Positions 54,979 through 64,000 of a stretch of 64,000 nucleotides of DNA are shown here, one piece after another. How positions within the stretch are numbered: the first letter of the stretch is position 1; each line of letters begins with the position of its first letter. Position numbers and translations under genes: made by a program. The notes beneath the pieces were generated by a model. That model made no database searches and had not been told where the DNA came from. It saw only the letters and a program-made list of their open reading frames with translations. Source of the DNA: a bacterium (GTDB lineage Bacteria > Myxococcota > UBA727 > JAUIJE01); assembly GCA_030431455.1 (NCBI GenBank), contig JAUIJE010000002.1:193294-257293 (forward strand), written 5' to 3'.

Positions 54979-56367
54979 TTACTGACAGGGCGCCTCGGGG
55001 GTGCCGGCGTTGATCCAGGCCTCGACCAACTGGAGGTCGGTGTCGTCGAGACCGATCGAGCCTGGGGGCATCGATTGGTCGAGCATGCGCTGGTACGAGG
55101 CCTCCCAATTGGTGAGCGGCGCGTAGAACGGGTGTTGGGTCGCGACCGTGCCCGCCGCGTAGTTGTCGAGCGGGAGGTAGCCCGCGGGGCCCACGCTGGT
55201 GTGACAGCCGACGCAGTTGAACGCGAGGATGGGCTCGACGTCGGCGTAGCTCGGCGTGCCGCAGGTCGATTTCTCGACCGGGGTGAGGGGCCAGGCCGGG
55301 GCCGTCGGGGTGCACGCGGTCTCCGGCCCGCCTTCGTCGATCCACGCGTGCAGGAACGTGCGCTCGTCGCCGGTGAGCTGGGACGCGGCCAACGGCGGCA
55401 TGTGCAGCGCGCTGTTCTGCGGCAGGTCCATCACCTCCGCGAACACCTCGACCAGCGGCCGCCCCGGGGCGAACGGGGTGTCGTAGCGGGTCTCTTCGTA
55501 GTCGAGGAAGTGTTCGGCCGCACCTTCGCGGCCCTCTTGGGTGTGGCAGCCCGAGCAACGGGGCCCGAGCACCTGCCAGGCCTCGTCCCAGCCGCCGGCC
55601 TCGCCGCACACCGTGGGCGGGTCAAAATAGGTGGGCTCGAAGGTGGGCTCGGGCTCGGGCTCGGGCCCGTCGCTTTCGCCGGGCACGAGCACGAGGTTGA
55701 GCATGAGGTCGACGTCGGGGTTGATGCAACCGGTGAGGCCCGCCCCGCTGGGGAAGCTGTGGTTGGCCCCGGACAACACCCCGCGTCCGGTGATCACAAG
55801 CTCGTCATCGGCGTAGCTCCCGTCGAAGGTGACGGTGGTGTTGCTCTTGCCGCCGTTGAACTCGATCTCGGCTTGGGCGGTCAGCCCCTCGCCGATGACC
55901 TGCGAGAGCGAGGACAGCTTGAACACCATGTCGGTGCCGTCGCCGCCGAGCTCGCCCTTCATGGTCTCGGTGATCTGGCCGCGCTCGAGATCGCTCATGA
56001 TGTATTCGCGGGTCTCGTCGAACCGTTCGCGCAGGGCGGGGCGGTCGGGGGACACGCCGTTGACCGGCACGGTGAGGTCGAAGGTGGAGCGGGCGTTCTC
56101 GTCGAGGTCGATGGAGAAGTCCCAGCTGTATCCCGCGGCCTCGGCCACGTGGTTGTGGCACACGCTGCCCGACACGGTGACGAGCACCACCAACTCGGAG
56201 CGCTCGGTGTCGATGGTGAAGGCCCGGGCCTCGCCCCCTTCGATGAGCTGGCCGCTGCCTTCGGTGGTGGTGTTGCCCGTGGGGGTCGGGCAGCCCACGC
56301 CGAACAAGACAGGCAAGGCAAAGGTGGACAGCACCGGGGCGAGACGGTTGATTGGTTTGGTCATCAT
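54979..56367 (-). CDS. Lipoprotein fusing a YceI-like domain to a di-haem cytochrome c domain
   Basis: It has a lipobox (LFGVGC), a YceI-like N-terminal half and two C-terminal CxxCH motifs (CSGCH, CVGCH). Confidence 0.75.
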   Translation of the reverse strand: MMTKPINRLAPVLSTFALPVLFGVGCPTPTGNTTTEGSGQLIEGGEARAFTIDTERSELVVLVTVSGSVCHNHVAEAAGYSWDFSIDLDENARSTFDLTVPVNGVSPDRPALRERFDETREYIMSDLERGQITETMKGELGGDGTDMVFKLSSLSQVIGEGLTAQAEIEFNGGKSNTTVTFDGSYADDELVITGRGVLSGANHSFPSGAGLTGCINPDVDLMLNLVLVPGESDGPEPEPEPTFEPTYFDPPTVCGEAGGWDEAWQVLGPRCSGCHTQEGREGAAEHFLDYEETRYDTPFAPGRPLVEVFAEVMDLPQNSALHMPPLAASQLTGDERTFLHAWIDEGGPETACTPTAPAWPLTPVEKSTCGTPSYADVEPILAFNCVGCHTSVGPAGYLPLDNYAAGTVATQHPFYAPLTNWEASYQRMLDQSMPPGSIGLDDTDLQLVEAWINAGTPEAPCQ

Positions 56368-56557
56368 GCACACAAAGTACACAGCGCCCGTCGGGGCGGT
56401 CTGTGCGAGGGGGTACTTAATACGCTTAAAGCGTACGTGTCGTGGTCACAACTTGTTACGCGTGACCACGACTCTTTGTGTGCCATGTGTCGTCGAATTT
56501 GCCGTGGGCGATTTCACCCACGCGCCAAAAGCGTGCGCGGATCGCCGCGCGCCGAGC

Positions 56558-57079
56558 TCAGAGCGCCCGCGCGCCGATCTTGGCCAGGGTGATCACCACC
56601 CGCCGGGTCTGGGGATCGTCGCCGCCCAGCAGGTTGTGGGTCTCGGCGTGCAAGCCGCGCTCGTCGTCGAGCAGACGACAGGCGTTGTACAGCTCACGTT
56701 GGCGGGTCTCGAGGCGCTCCATCGCGTGGGTGTCGACAAGCGAGAACGACACAAACGATGCCAAGCTGTCGAGCGCGATGCCCGCGTTGGTGTCGCGCAT
56801 CGGGTCCCAGCTGAGCTCGTCAAGGTAGCGGCCGTACACCTCCGGGGCGACCCCGTCGTAGCAGCCCTCGTCATAGCTGAGCTGTCCGCGCAGGTTGTCG
56901 ACGGAGATGTCGAACGCCACCCGCGTCACCGTGAGCGTGGTGAGCAGCGCCAGGGCGACCGTGACCGTGACCCGCACCAGCGTGCGCCGCTTGTGCGTGC
57001 GCAACGGCGCCACCACCTCGCGCACGAGCTGGCGAAGAGACGGGCCTTGGACTGATTGGGCTGGGTCGCGTTCGGACAT
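56558..57079 (-). CDS. Hypothetical membrane-anchored protein
   Basis: It has a single N-terminal TM helix and is 173 aa. Confidence 0.55.
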   Translation of the reverse strand: MSERDPAQSVQGPSLRQLVREVVAPLRTHKRRTLVRVTVTVALALLTTLTVTRVAFDISVDNLRGQLSYDEGCYDGVAPEVYGRYLDELSWDPMRDTNAGIALDSLASFVSFSLVDTHAMERLETRQRELYNACRLLDDERGLHAETHNLLGGDDPQTRRVVITLAKIGARAL

Positions 57080-57193
57080 GGACTACCCCCGCTGGTGTTG
57101 GTCTCAGTGTAACCATCGACACGCGGGGGTTTGTTCCGTTGACTCACATTGGTGCGCCACCGTGCACCATGAGATCTTGTCGCCGGGGACGGG

Positions 57194-58525
57194 CTAAGGC
57201 CGGCCGAGGGTGCCGTCTTGCCCGATGACCACCCCGGTCTTCGGAAAGTCCGCGCGGGTCAGCTTGTGCACCAACTTGATCACGCCCCCGTCGGGGTCTG
57301 GCACCGCGATGCCTTTGCCCACTTGTTTGGTGGCGATGATCTTGCCGCCCACAAACCGGCCGTCTTTGTCCAGGTTGGTCTCGAGCACCATGCCCTGGCC
57401 GAGCGCGCCCTTGAGGGTGAAGCGGCCGTAGGTCGCGAAGTTGCCCAGGGAGTAGGCGATGAGCCGGTCGTTGTAGACCTCCATGCCGCGGGCCACGTGG
57501 GGGCCGTGGCCGAGCACGAGGTCGGCGCCGGCGTCGATCACCGCGCGGGCGAACTTGCGCAGGTGGCCGCGCTTTTCCCCGTAAAAAATCTCCATCTCGT
57601 CGGGCACGTGCAGGGCCTTGCTGCCCTCGGCCCCGCCGTGGAAGGACACGATCACAATGTGATTGCTTTTCGCCTCCCGGGCCACGAGCTTCTGCGCGGT
57701 CTCGTGATCGTTGACGTAGTTGACCCCGTCCCCGGTGTGAAAACCGATCATCGCGATCTTGAGCCCGTTCTTTTCGACGTGGGCCACGGTCCCGAGCCGG
57801 CCGGACCAGGCGATGCCGGCTTTGTCCAAGGTCTGCTCGGTCTCGGTGCGGCATTCGTCGCCAAAGTCCCCGCTGTGGTTGTTCGCGGTGGAGGCCAAGT
57901 CGACGCCCGCGGTCACAAGGTGCTCGACGTATTTTGTCGGCGACCGAAACGCGTAGCAGTTCTGTCCGGGTTTACATTTTTTGGTCTCGCCCGAATCGCA
58001 CAACGGCCCTTCGAGGTTGACGAAGGTCAGGTCGGCGTCTTTCAGGACCGGGGCGACCGCGGCCATGACCCCCGCGGGGTCTTTCGGCAGGTACCCGTCG
58101 GGAAAGTCGGTCCCGATCATCACGTCCCCGGCCGCGCGGATGCGCAGCGTCGCCCCGTCGGGCGCGGGCTGGGCCACGGTGGCGGGGGCACCGGCCGCGC
58201 TTTTGTCGACCTCGCGCATGAACGCGAGCTGTTGCTCCGCTTGGGGGAGGTGCGCGCCGACCTCGGGGTGGGCGGGGTCGAGGCGTTGGACCGCGCGCCA
58301 GTGCTCGACCACCTTTTGCCAGTCGCGGTTGAGGTAATGGGCCCAGCCGAGCTCCCAGTGGCAGTCCACGCGGTCGGGCGCCTTTTGCAGACACGCGGTG
58401 AGCGCGCGGGCCGCGCCTTGTCCGTCTTTGTCGCGCAACAGGGCGCGGCCGCGGTCGAGGTCTTGGTCACCCGGCGCGGCGGTGAGCGCCAGGGTCAACA
58501 ACAGGGGCAAGCTTTGCATCATCAT
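57194..58525 (-). CDS. CapA-family metallophosphatase-like protein with an N-terminal TPR
   Basis: It has the CapA/PGA_cap signature (VNLEGP ... NNHSGDFG ... LGHGPHV) and a signal peptide. Confidence 0.85.
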   Translation of the reverse strand: MMMQSLPLLLTLALTAAPGDQDLDRGRALLRDKDGQGAARALTACLQKAPDRVDCHWELGWAHYLNRDWQKVVEHWRAVQRLDPAHPEVGAHLPQAEQQLAFMREVDKSAAGAPATVAQPAPDGATLRIRAAGDVMIGTDFPDGYLPKDPAGVMAAVAPVLKDADLTFVNLEGPLCDSGETKKCKPGQNCYAFRSPTKYVEHLVTAGVDLASTANNHSGDFGDECRTETEQTLDKAGIAWSGRLGTVAHVEKNGLKIAMIGFHTGDGVNYVNDHETAQKLVAREAKSNHIVIVSFHGGAEGSKALHVPDEMEIFYGEKRGHLRKFARAVIDAGADLVLGHGPHVARGMEVYNDRLIAYSLGNFATYGRFTLKGALGQGMVLETNLDKDGRFVGGKIIATKQVGKGIAVPDPDGGVIKLVHKLTRADFPKTGVVIGQDGTLGRP

Positions 58526-60035
58526 CGGCAGTCTTTGCGCCGAGCGAACTCAGCTCGGCGGTCTTGTCAGGGTGGACGAGCCATTCGAGAAAACGATTCT
58601 GGGCCTCGACCAGGTCATTGACGCTCTTGCCCTCCATCAGGGCGGCGAACGCGACCGGGGTGCCGCCGGGCCGCTGGGCGTAGCCGCACATCGCGGCTTG
58701 GCCCTGCACCACGTCGACGTGCACGCGCACGATGTCGAGCACGTCGTCGGACAGGCCCCGGGCCACCAGTTGGCGGTGGGTGCGGGCGGGACCGAGCGCG
58801 CGGGCGAACTCATTTTTGACCTCGAACCGGCCGTACAAGGCATCAAGCACGTCGACGAGCTGGCCCGCCGACAGCCGCGTCTCGCCCAACGCGGGGTCGA
58901 GGGTGTAGCTGCCGCGCGGCACCTTGTACCGCGACTCGAGCAAGTCCACGACGCGCGCGGCCCCGTATTCGACCGTCCCGGTGCCGAGGCCCTCGTCGTG
59001 GTCGTGGCCGATGCGGCGCAACAGCGCCCGGGTGAACACGTCCTCGCGCACGCCGTCGCCGTGCAGGTACTCGGACACGAGGTCGGTCAGCTCGGGGCTG
59101 ACGTCGGTCATGATCCACCGGTAGGTGTCGGTCTTTTTTTCGATGTCGATGCGGTAGGGGATGCGCACCCCTTGGCCGCGCAGTTCGGTGTAGAGCGCGT
59201 GGCCGAACAAATACGTCGAGTCGTCGACCTGCACCCGGGTCTCGGTCCGGTCCTGCACCGCCCCGGACACAAACAGTGACGGGGCCCCGTCGGCCTGCTC
59301 GAACACCACCGCGCGCACCCGCTGGCCGAAGGTCTGCGAGCGCACGTCGTCGAGGATGGGCACCCCGATCATCGGGGGGACCAGCGCGACCTCGGCCCGG
59401 TTGCCGCGGTGGTAGGCGGCCACGTCGAGGGTGTTTTCCCGAAACACGAGCGCCTTGCTCGGCGACCAGTCGCCGGTGATCTCTTTGTCCGGCCGCTCGA
59501 CCTCCACCGGCGTGCCCCCGTCGGGGGTCGGCGGCGCGGGGGGCAGGGGGGGCGCGGGCAGAAAGTACAGGTCGTTCAGCCGGATGCCGTGGGTGATGCG
59601 CTCGATGCCCATCTGGCGCAGGCGCGAAGCGATCCAGGCCACGCGCACGTCGTCGACGGTGGGGTCACCGTGGCCCTCGACCACCAAGTGCCCCCACAAG
59701 ATGCCGTCTTTGACCCGGCCCCGGGCCCAAAAGACCGTGCCGAACCGGAACTCCGGCCCGAGCAGCTCGAGCGCGGCCCCGGCGTACAGCACCTTTTGGG
59801 TCCCCAGCGCGGCCCCGGGCGCGTAGGGCTCGTGCGCGTCGGTGAGCTTGTCGGTCTGGAGATTTTTCACCGCGAAGCGGGTGCTCACGCCCGGCACCGC
59901 AAACGGCAGCGGCTTTTGCGCGGGCCTTTCCTGGGCCGCGCCCTGCACCGGCATGGTGAAGCCGGCGGTCAGGCCGATGGCCGCCCCGAGGACGACCATG
60001 AGCGCGATGGGCAGGGTGCGCATCTGGCGGAACAT
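58467..60035 (-). CDS. D-alanyl-D-alanine carboxypeptidase/endopeptidase (PBP4/DacB-like, S13 family)
   Basis: It has PBP4-like architecture with a signal/TM segment. The start was chosen at MFRQ. Its 3' end overlaps the capA-like start. Confidence 0.75.
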   Translation of the reverse strand: MFRQMRTLPIALMVVLGAAIGLTAGFTMPVQGAAQERPAQKPLPFAVPGVSTRFAVKNLQTDKLTDAHEPYAPGAALGTQKVLYAGAALELLGPEFRFGTVFWARGRVKDGILWGHLVVEGHGDPTVDDVRVAWIASRLRQMGIERITHGIRLNDLYFLPAPPLPPAPPTPDGGTPVEVERPDKEITGDWSPSKALVFRENTLDVAAYHRGNRAEVALVPPMIGVPILDDVRSQTFGQRVRAVVFEQADGAPSLFVSGAVQDRTETRVQVDDSTYLFGHALYTELRGQGVRIPYRIDIEKKTDTYRWIMTDVSPELTDLVSEYLHGDGVREDVFTRALLRRIGHDHDEGLGTGTVEYGAARVVDLLESRYKVPRGSYTLDPALGETRLSAGQLVDVLDALYGRFEVKNEFARALGPARTHRQLVARGLSDDVLDIVRVHVDVVQGQAAMCGYAQRPGGTPVAFAALMEGKSVNDLVEAQNRFLEWLVHPDKTAELSSLGAKTADDDAKLAPVVDPGAHRRAG

Positions 60036-60133
60036 GGCGACGCCATGGTGACACCGGACACAGGCCATTGCCAACTTCTGCCCGGGGGAGCGGCACGCTT
60101 TTTTTGCGCGGTTGTTCGACGTATACGCGGGGC

Positions 60134-61327
60134 ATGTCCCACGCTCTCAAGCCGCGCTTCGATGCTGTCCGACGCGAACTCGAACAGCGCTTTTTGGCCA
60201 AAGAAGAAATCATCCGCTTGATGATGGTCGCGGCCATCGCCGGCGAGCACATGGTGCTCATCGGCCCGCCCGGGACCGCCAAGTCGGCGGTCATCCGCGC
60301 CTTCGCCCGCCTGGTCGACGCCAAGTACTTCGAGTACCTGCTCACGCGTTTTTCGGAGCCCAACGAGCTGTTCGGCCCCGTCGACATCCAGAGCTTCCGG
60401 GCCGGGACCTACCAACGCGTGACCACGGGCATGCTCCCCGAGGCCGAGATCGTGTTTTTGGACGAGGCCTTCAAAGCCAACTCCGCGATCCTCAACTCGC
60501 TGCTCACCCTGCTCAACGAGCGCCGGTTCAACAACGGCGCGCGGGTGCTCAACGTGCCCCTCATCTCGCTGTTCGCCGCGTCCAACGAGGTGCCCAGCTC
60601 CGACGAGCTCAACGCGATCTTCGACCGCTTTTTGCTCCGGGTGCACTCCGACAACCTCGACAGCTACCACTTCCACGAACTGATGCGCATGGGCCTCGCC
60701 CTCGAGCGCGAAGCGATGGCCCGCGAGTCGACAAGCTCGCCCGCCCCGGTCCAGACCTCGATGCTGTCCGCGGCCGACCTGCACGACACCCGCCGCAACC
60801 TGCTCGACCGGGTGCAGTTCCCCGAAGACTTCCTCGCCACCTACAAGGGCCTGTGTTTCCAGCTGCGCGGCGAAGGCATCTCGCTGTCCGACCGGCGGGT
60901 GGTGCGGCTGCTCAAGCTGTTCGCGGCCAGCGCGTTCCTCGACGGGCGCACCCACGCGCACGAAGGCGATCTCTTCATCCTGCGACATTGCTGGAACAAC
61001 CTCGACCAGCGCGAGATCCTCGACGACGTGGTCGAGCCGGTGGTCGCGCACTACTACGCCGAACACCCCGAGGACCGGCCCCACCAAGCCACCGCCGACA
61101 TCAACCGCCTGGTCGCCGAGCTCAAGCTTGTGCACAAGACCCTCACCCAAGGCGGCGAGCTCAGTGACATTCAGCTGTTCACCCAGCTGCGCAACCTCAA
61201 CGACCTGCGCACCGCGTTCGCCGGGCACGGCGGCGACACCGCCGACCGCATGATCAAACAGGTCGATCTTTTGCTCGAGCAGATCTTCGAAGGCGGCCGC
61301 TTCGGGGCCGGCGGCGCCCCCGGCTGA
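60134..61327 (+). CDS. MoxR-like AAA+ ATPase
   Basis: It has Walker A (GPPGTAKS) and Walker B (IVFLDE) motifs and a RavA/MoxR-type C-terminal region. Confidence 0.9.
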   Translation: MSHALKPRFDAVRRELEQRFLAKEEIIRLMMVAAIAGEHMVLIGPPGTAKSAVIRAFARLVDAKYFEYLLTRFSEPNELFGPVDIQSFRAGTYQRVTTGMLPEAEIVFLDEAFKANSAILNSLLTLLNERRFNNGARVLNVPLISLFAASNEVPSSDELNAIFDRFLLRVHSDNLDSYHFHELMRMGLALEREAMARESTSSPAPVQTSMLSAADLHDTRRNLLDRVQFPEDFLATYKGLCFQLRGEGISLSDRRVVRLLKLFAASAFLDGRTHAHEGDLFILRHCWNNLDQREILDDVVEPVVAHYYAEHPEDRPHQATADINRLVAELKLVHKTLTQGGELSDIQLFTQLRNLNDLRTAFAGHGGDTADRMIKQVDLLLEQIFEGGRFGAGGAPG

Positions 61328-61363
61328 TCGCGGCCCCGGCGCGCCTTTGCGGACGCGCCGCCG

Positions 61364-61978
61364 GTGTCGATGGATGTGCGCATGTCGCGCCCCGCGTTCC
61401 CCCCTGAATACCCCGCGCCGGATGAGCGCACGCCCCTCGACCTCGACGCCCACCGCGCGTTGATCCCGGACGAGGCGGTGCTCAAGGGGATGTATTTCAA
61501 CGACCTGCGCAAAGTGATGCGGGAGGCCGGCCACCCGTCGCGCAACACCCAGCACTACACGCTGTTCAAAGACTACCCGCAGCGCGACTATTTCGAGCTG
61601 CTCGTCGAGGCCGCCCAGACCGTGTACCCGGACTTGCCCCTGGCCCGCGCGCTGCGCGAGGTGGGCCGTTCGGCCTACCCGACCTTGGCCAGCTCGACGA
61701 TCGGCCGGGTGGTGTTCGGCGTGCTCGGCGGCAACCTGCAAGCGATCTTCCGCGTCGCCAAAAAGGGCTACGACGTCTCGATGAACCTCACCGAGGTCAA
61801 GACCCTCGAGACCTCACCCCACCACGCGGTGGTGCAGCTCGATCGTTGCTTCGTGTTCCCCCACCAGTACCAGGTCGGGGTGTTCGAAGGCGCGCTGGCC
61901 ACCGCCGGCCGCGACGGCGAGGTGCGCCCCCTCCCCTTGAGCCCCACGTCGGTGCGCCTGTACATCGTCTGGGACTGA
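61364..61978 (+). CDS. Hypothetical protein, possibly from a myxobacterial paralogous family
   Basis: 204 aa. No catalytic motifs were recognised. It follows the MoxR gene. Confidence 0.55.
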   Translation: MSMDVRMSRPAFPPEYPAPDERTPLDLDAHRALIPDEAVLKGMYFNDLRKVMREAGHPSRNTQHYTLFKDYPQRDYFELLVEAAQTVYPDLPLARALREVGRSAYPTLASSTIGRVVFGVLGGNLQAIFRVAKKGYDVSMNLTEVKTLETSPHHAVVQLDRCFVFPHQYQVGVFEGALATAGRDGEVRPLPLSPTSVRLYIVWD

Positions 61979-62016
61979 CCCCCGAAAGCCGGCCCGGGTC
62001 GCGCTCGAGACGTGCG

Positions 62017-62685
62017 CTACCCGGGGGGGCGCAAGCCTTCCAGCAGGATTGTGATGACGTTGGCCCCAAGGGAGAGCACGTCCCCGACGTCCCCGCCCGA
62101 CAGCACCATGAACGACAGGTGTTCGATGGTGCCGAGCAACAGGTTGGCGGAGGTCTCGGGGGGCACGTCGTCGCGGATGAGCCCCGCCTCCCGGGCCACG
62201 AGGGTCAGGCGCACCGCGGCCGCGGTGGTCTCGTCGACGAAGGCCTGCACCACCGGGTGGCCGAGCCGGCGTTCGCGCAGGTAGACCAACGTGGCTTGGT
62301 CGTGCTCGAGCACCGCCCCGGTCAATGACCCGGCGAGGTCCTCGTAGGCCGCGAGCATGTCCGCGTCGGTCTTGGCGTGGTGCAAGCCCGCCTCCGCCGC
62401 GGTCAGCGCCGCCCGCAACGCGGCGAAAAAGGGCGCGAACAGCACCGCGAGCAGCTCGTCGCGGTTTTTGAAGTACTGGTAGAAGCTGCCCTTGGCGATG
62501 CCGGCCGCTTTGGTGATCTGGTCGATGGTCACCGCCCGGACCCCGTGCTCCAAAAACAGCGAGGCCCCCGCCTCCACGATCCGGGCGATCTTTTCTTCTC
62601 GGTTTTTCGCGCGTTTGCCCCCGGCCGGGCCAGGCCGGTGGGCGCGTTCGGCCGTCTTGGGCAAAAACGAGGGCTTGTCAGACAT
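62017..62685 (-). CDS. TetR-family transcriptional regulator
   Basis: It has a TetR HTH (IDQITKAAGIAKGSFYQYFKNRDEL). Confidence 0.85.
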   Translation of the reverse strand: MSDKPSFLPKTAERAHRPGPAGGKRAKNREEKIARIVEAGASLFLEHGVRAVTIDQITKAAGIAKGSFYQYFKNRDELLAVLFAPFFAALRAALTAAEAGLHHAKTDADMLAAYEDLAGSLTGAVLEHDQATLVYLRERRLGHPVVQAFVDETTAAAVRLTLVAREAGLIRDDVPPETSANLLLGTIEHLSFMVLSGGDVGDVLSLGANVITILLEGLRPPG

Positions 62686-62729
62686 GGGTCCTTTATAATA
62701 TGACTGTATGGTCACTATTTGGAGGCGAC

Positions 62730-63287
62730 ATGATCGGGATTCCGCTGGGGCTGCTCTATTCCAATGCGTCTGAATGGCTCATTCACAAGCATCTCCTGCA
62801 CGGCCGCGGGAAGAACAAGAAGAGCTTCTGGTCCTTTCACTTCCACGAGCACCACAAAGCATCCCGCCAAGCGGACATGCTCGACGACGATTACCACCGT
62901 CCGCTCTTTTCCGCGTGGGATGCGCAGACCAAAGAGGTCGTGACCCTCACCGCCGCGGCGGTGGCCCACGCCCCCCTGCTCCCGGTGGCGCCCTTTTTTA
63001 CCCTCACCGTGTGGTGGTCGGCCTACAACTACTACCGGGTGCACAAGCGCTCGCACCTCGACCCCGCCTGGGCCAAAGAGAACCTCGCGCACCATTGGGA
63101 CCACCACATGGGCCCCGACCAAGACAAGAACTGGTGCGTGACCCACCCCTTCTTCGACTACCTCATGGGCACCCGCGAGGAGTACCTCGGCACCGACGAG
63201 GAGCGCGCGACCCGCGACAAGCGCGCGCGGTTTTTTGCCCAGAAGGCGGCCGAAAAGGGCGGCCCGACCACCCGCGCCGCGGCCTGA
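62730..63287 (+). CDS. Small fatty-acid hydroxylase / carotene-hydroxylase-like membrane protein
   Basis: It has His boxes (HKHLLHG, HFHEHH, HHWDHH). The RBS GGAGG lies 4 nt upstream of the ATG. It is divergent from the TetR gene. Confidence 0.75.
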   Translation: MIGIPLGLLYSNASEWLIHKHLLHGRGKNKKSFWSFHFHEHHKASRQADMLDDDYHRPLFSAWDAQTKEVVTLTAAAVAHAPLLPVAPFFTLTVWWSAYNYYRVHKRSHLDPAWAKENLAHHWDHHMGPDQDKNWCVTHPFFDYLMGTREEYLGTDEERATRDKRARFFAQKAAEKGGPTTRAAA

Positions 63288-63419
63288 GCCACCGCGAAAT
63301 CCACGCGATCGCGCCGGTTTTCTGAGACCGGGCCCGGGGGCCGGGCGCTTGGCGCCGGGCGCGAGCGGCTGGCACCGGGCTTGCGTTCGGACCGGGACAA
63401 ACAACCAGGAGTTTGTCCA

Positions 63420-64000
63420 TGACCCGCCGCCTCCCCCGAATCGCGCTCGCCCTCGGTCTTGTCACCGCGACCGCCGCCGCCTGCCCGATGCCGACCCGCG
63501 CCGGCGACGTCACCGTCCGCCCCTTGCCCACCCACGAGACCGGGGCCTGGGTCGGCGTGACCGAAGACCCGGCCGGCCAACGCTTCGCGCTTCACAGCCA
63601 GGGCGGCCTGTACCAGCTCGACGACGACGGGGACGCCACCTTGTTGGCCAGCCCCGCGCTCATGTTGGCCGACGCCGACGCGCAGCCCACCAGCGACTTT
63701 CACGACGTGGCCGCGATGGGCGGGGGCCGCTTTGTCCTGATCGCCGACAACGACGGGTTTTTGTACGACCACAACTTCGCGCTGCTCACGCGCCACTTTT
63801 GTTACGAGCCGAACATGAACGGCGAGCCCTGGAGCCCGGGCCCCGATCCCGTGCCCACCGCCGCCAGCGCGCGCCAACGCGCCTTGAGCCTCGACTACGA
63901 CGCGGCCAACCACCGCATCATCGCGCAACCGCGCACCTTCGACGAAGACACCGGCGAGACCGTGGCCGCCCACGTGGCCAGCTTCGACGGCGCCACCGGG
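63420..64000 (+). CDS. Lipoprotein, hypothetical. It is partial and continues past the window end.
   Basis: The RBS AGGAG lies 9 nt upstream of the ATG. It has a lipobox (ATAAAC). The frame is open to the end of the window. Confidence 0.55.

Overview
This is a ~70% GC window that looks myxobacterial, with about 55 protein-coding genes packed on both strands and no rRNA, CRISPR or obvious mobile element.

Main contents:
- **Rsr/RtcR locus (first ~5.7 kb).** A bacterial Ro60 ortholog (Rsr: TROVE plus vWA domain) lies downstream of the sigma54 activator RtcR. An inserted fasciclin-repeat lipoprotein gene with its own terminator separates them. A tRNA-like element sits at the window edge just 3' of rsr and is a candidate YrlA-type Y RNA.
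- **Signalling genes.** A second sigma54 enhancer-binding protein (FHA type) sits next to a Hanks-type Ser/Thr kinase. There are two canonical sigma54 promoters, an ECF sigma/anti-sigma pair, an AraC regulator and several TetR regulators with palindromic operators.
- **Secreted, lipoprotein and redox genes.** Many are present, including a 2444-aa protein with ~60 tandem myxobacterial Cys-rich repeats and three c-type cytochromes.
- **Most unusual cluster.** A radical SAM/SPASM enzyme is encoded immediately downstream of a 451-aa cytoplasmic protein. That protein has three ~63-aa internal repeats and five PMYG(M/V)P motifs and resembles a multi-core RiPP-type substrate.

Other findings:
- a tandem array of ~85-bp units each carrying a strong GC hairpin
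- clusters of GCGGACC inverted repeats upstream of a sigma54 promoter
- a 20-bp palindrome duplicated in front of two genes
- two paralogous lipoproteins sharing a Cys-rich C-terminal module behind thrombospondin-type-3 repeats
- two small proteins ending in AGGY just upstream of a membrane fatty-acid hydroxylase
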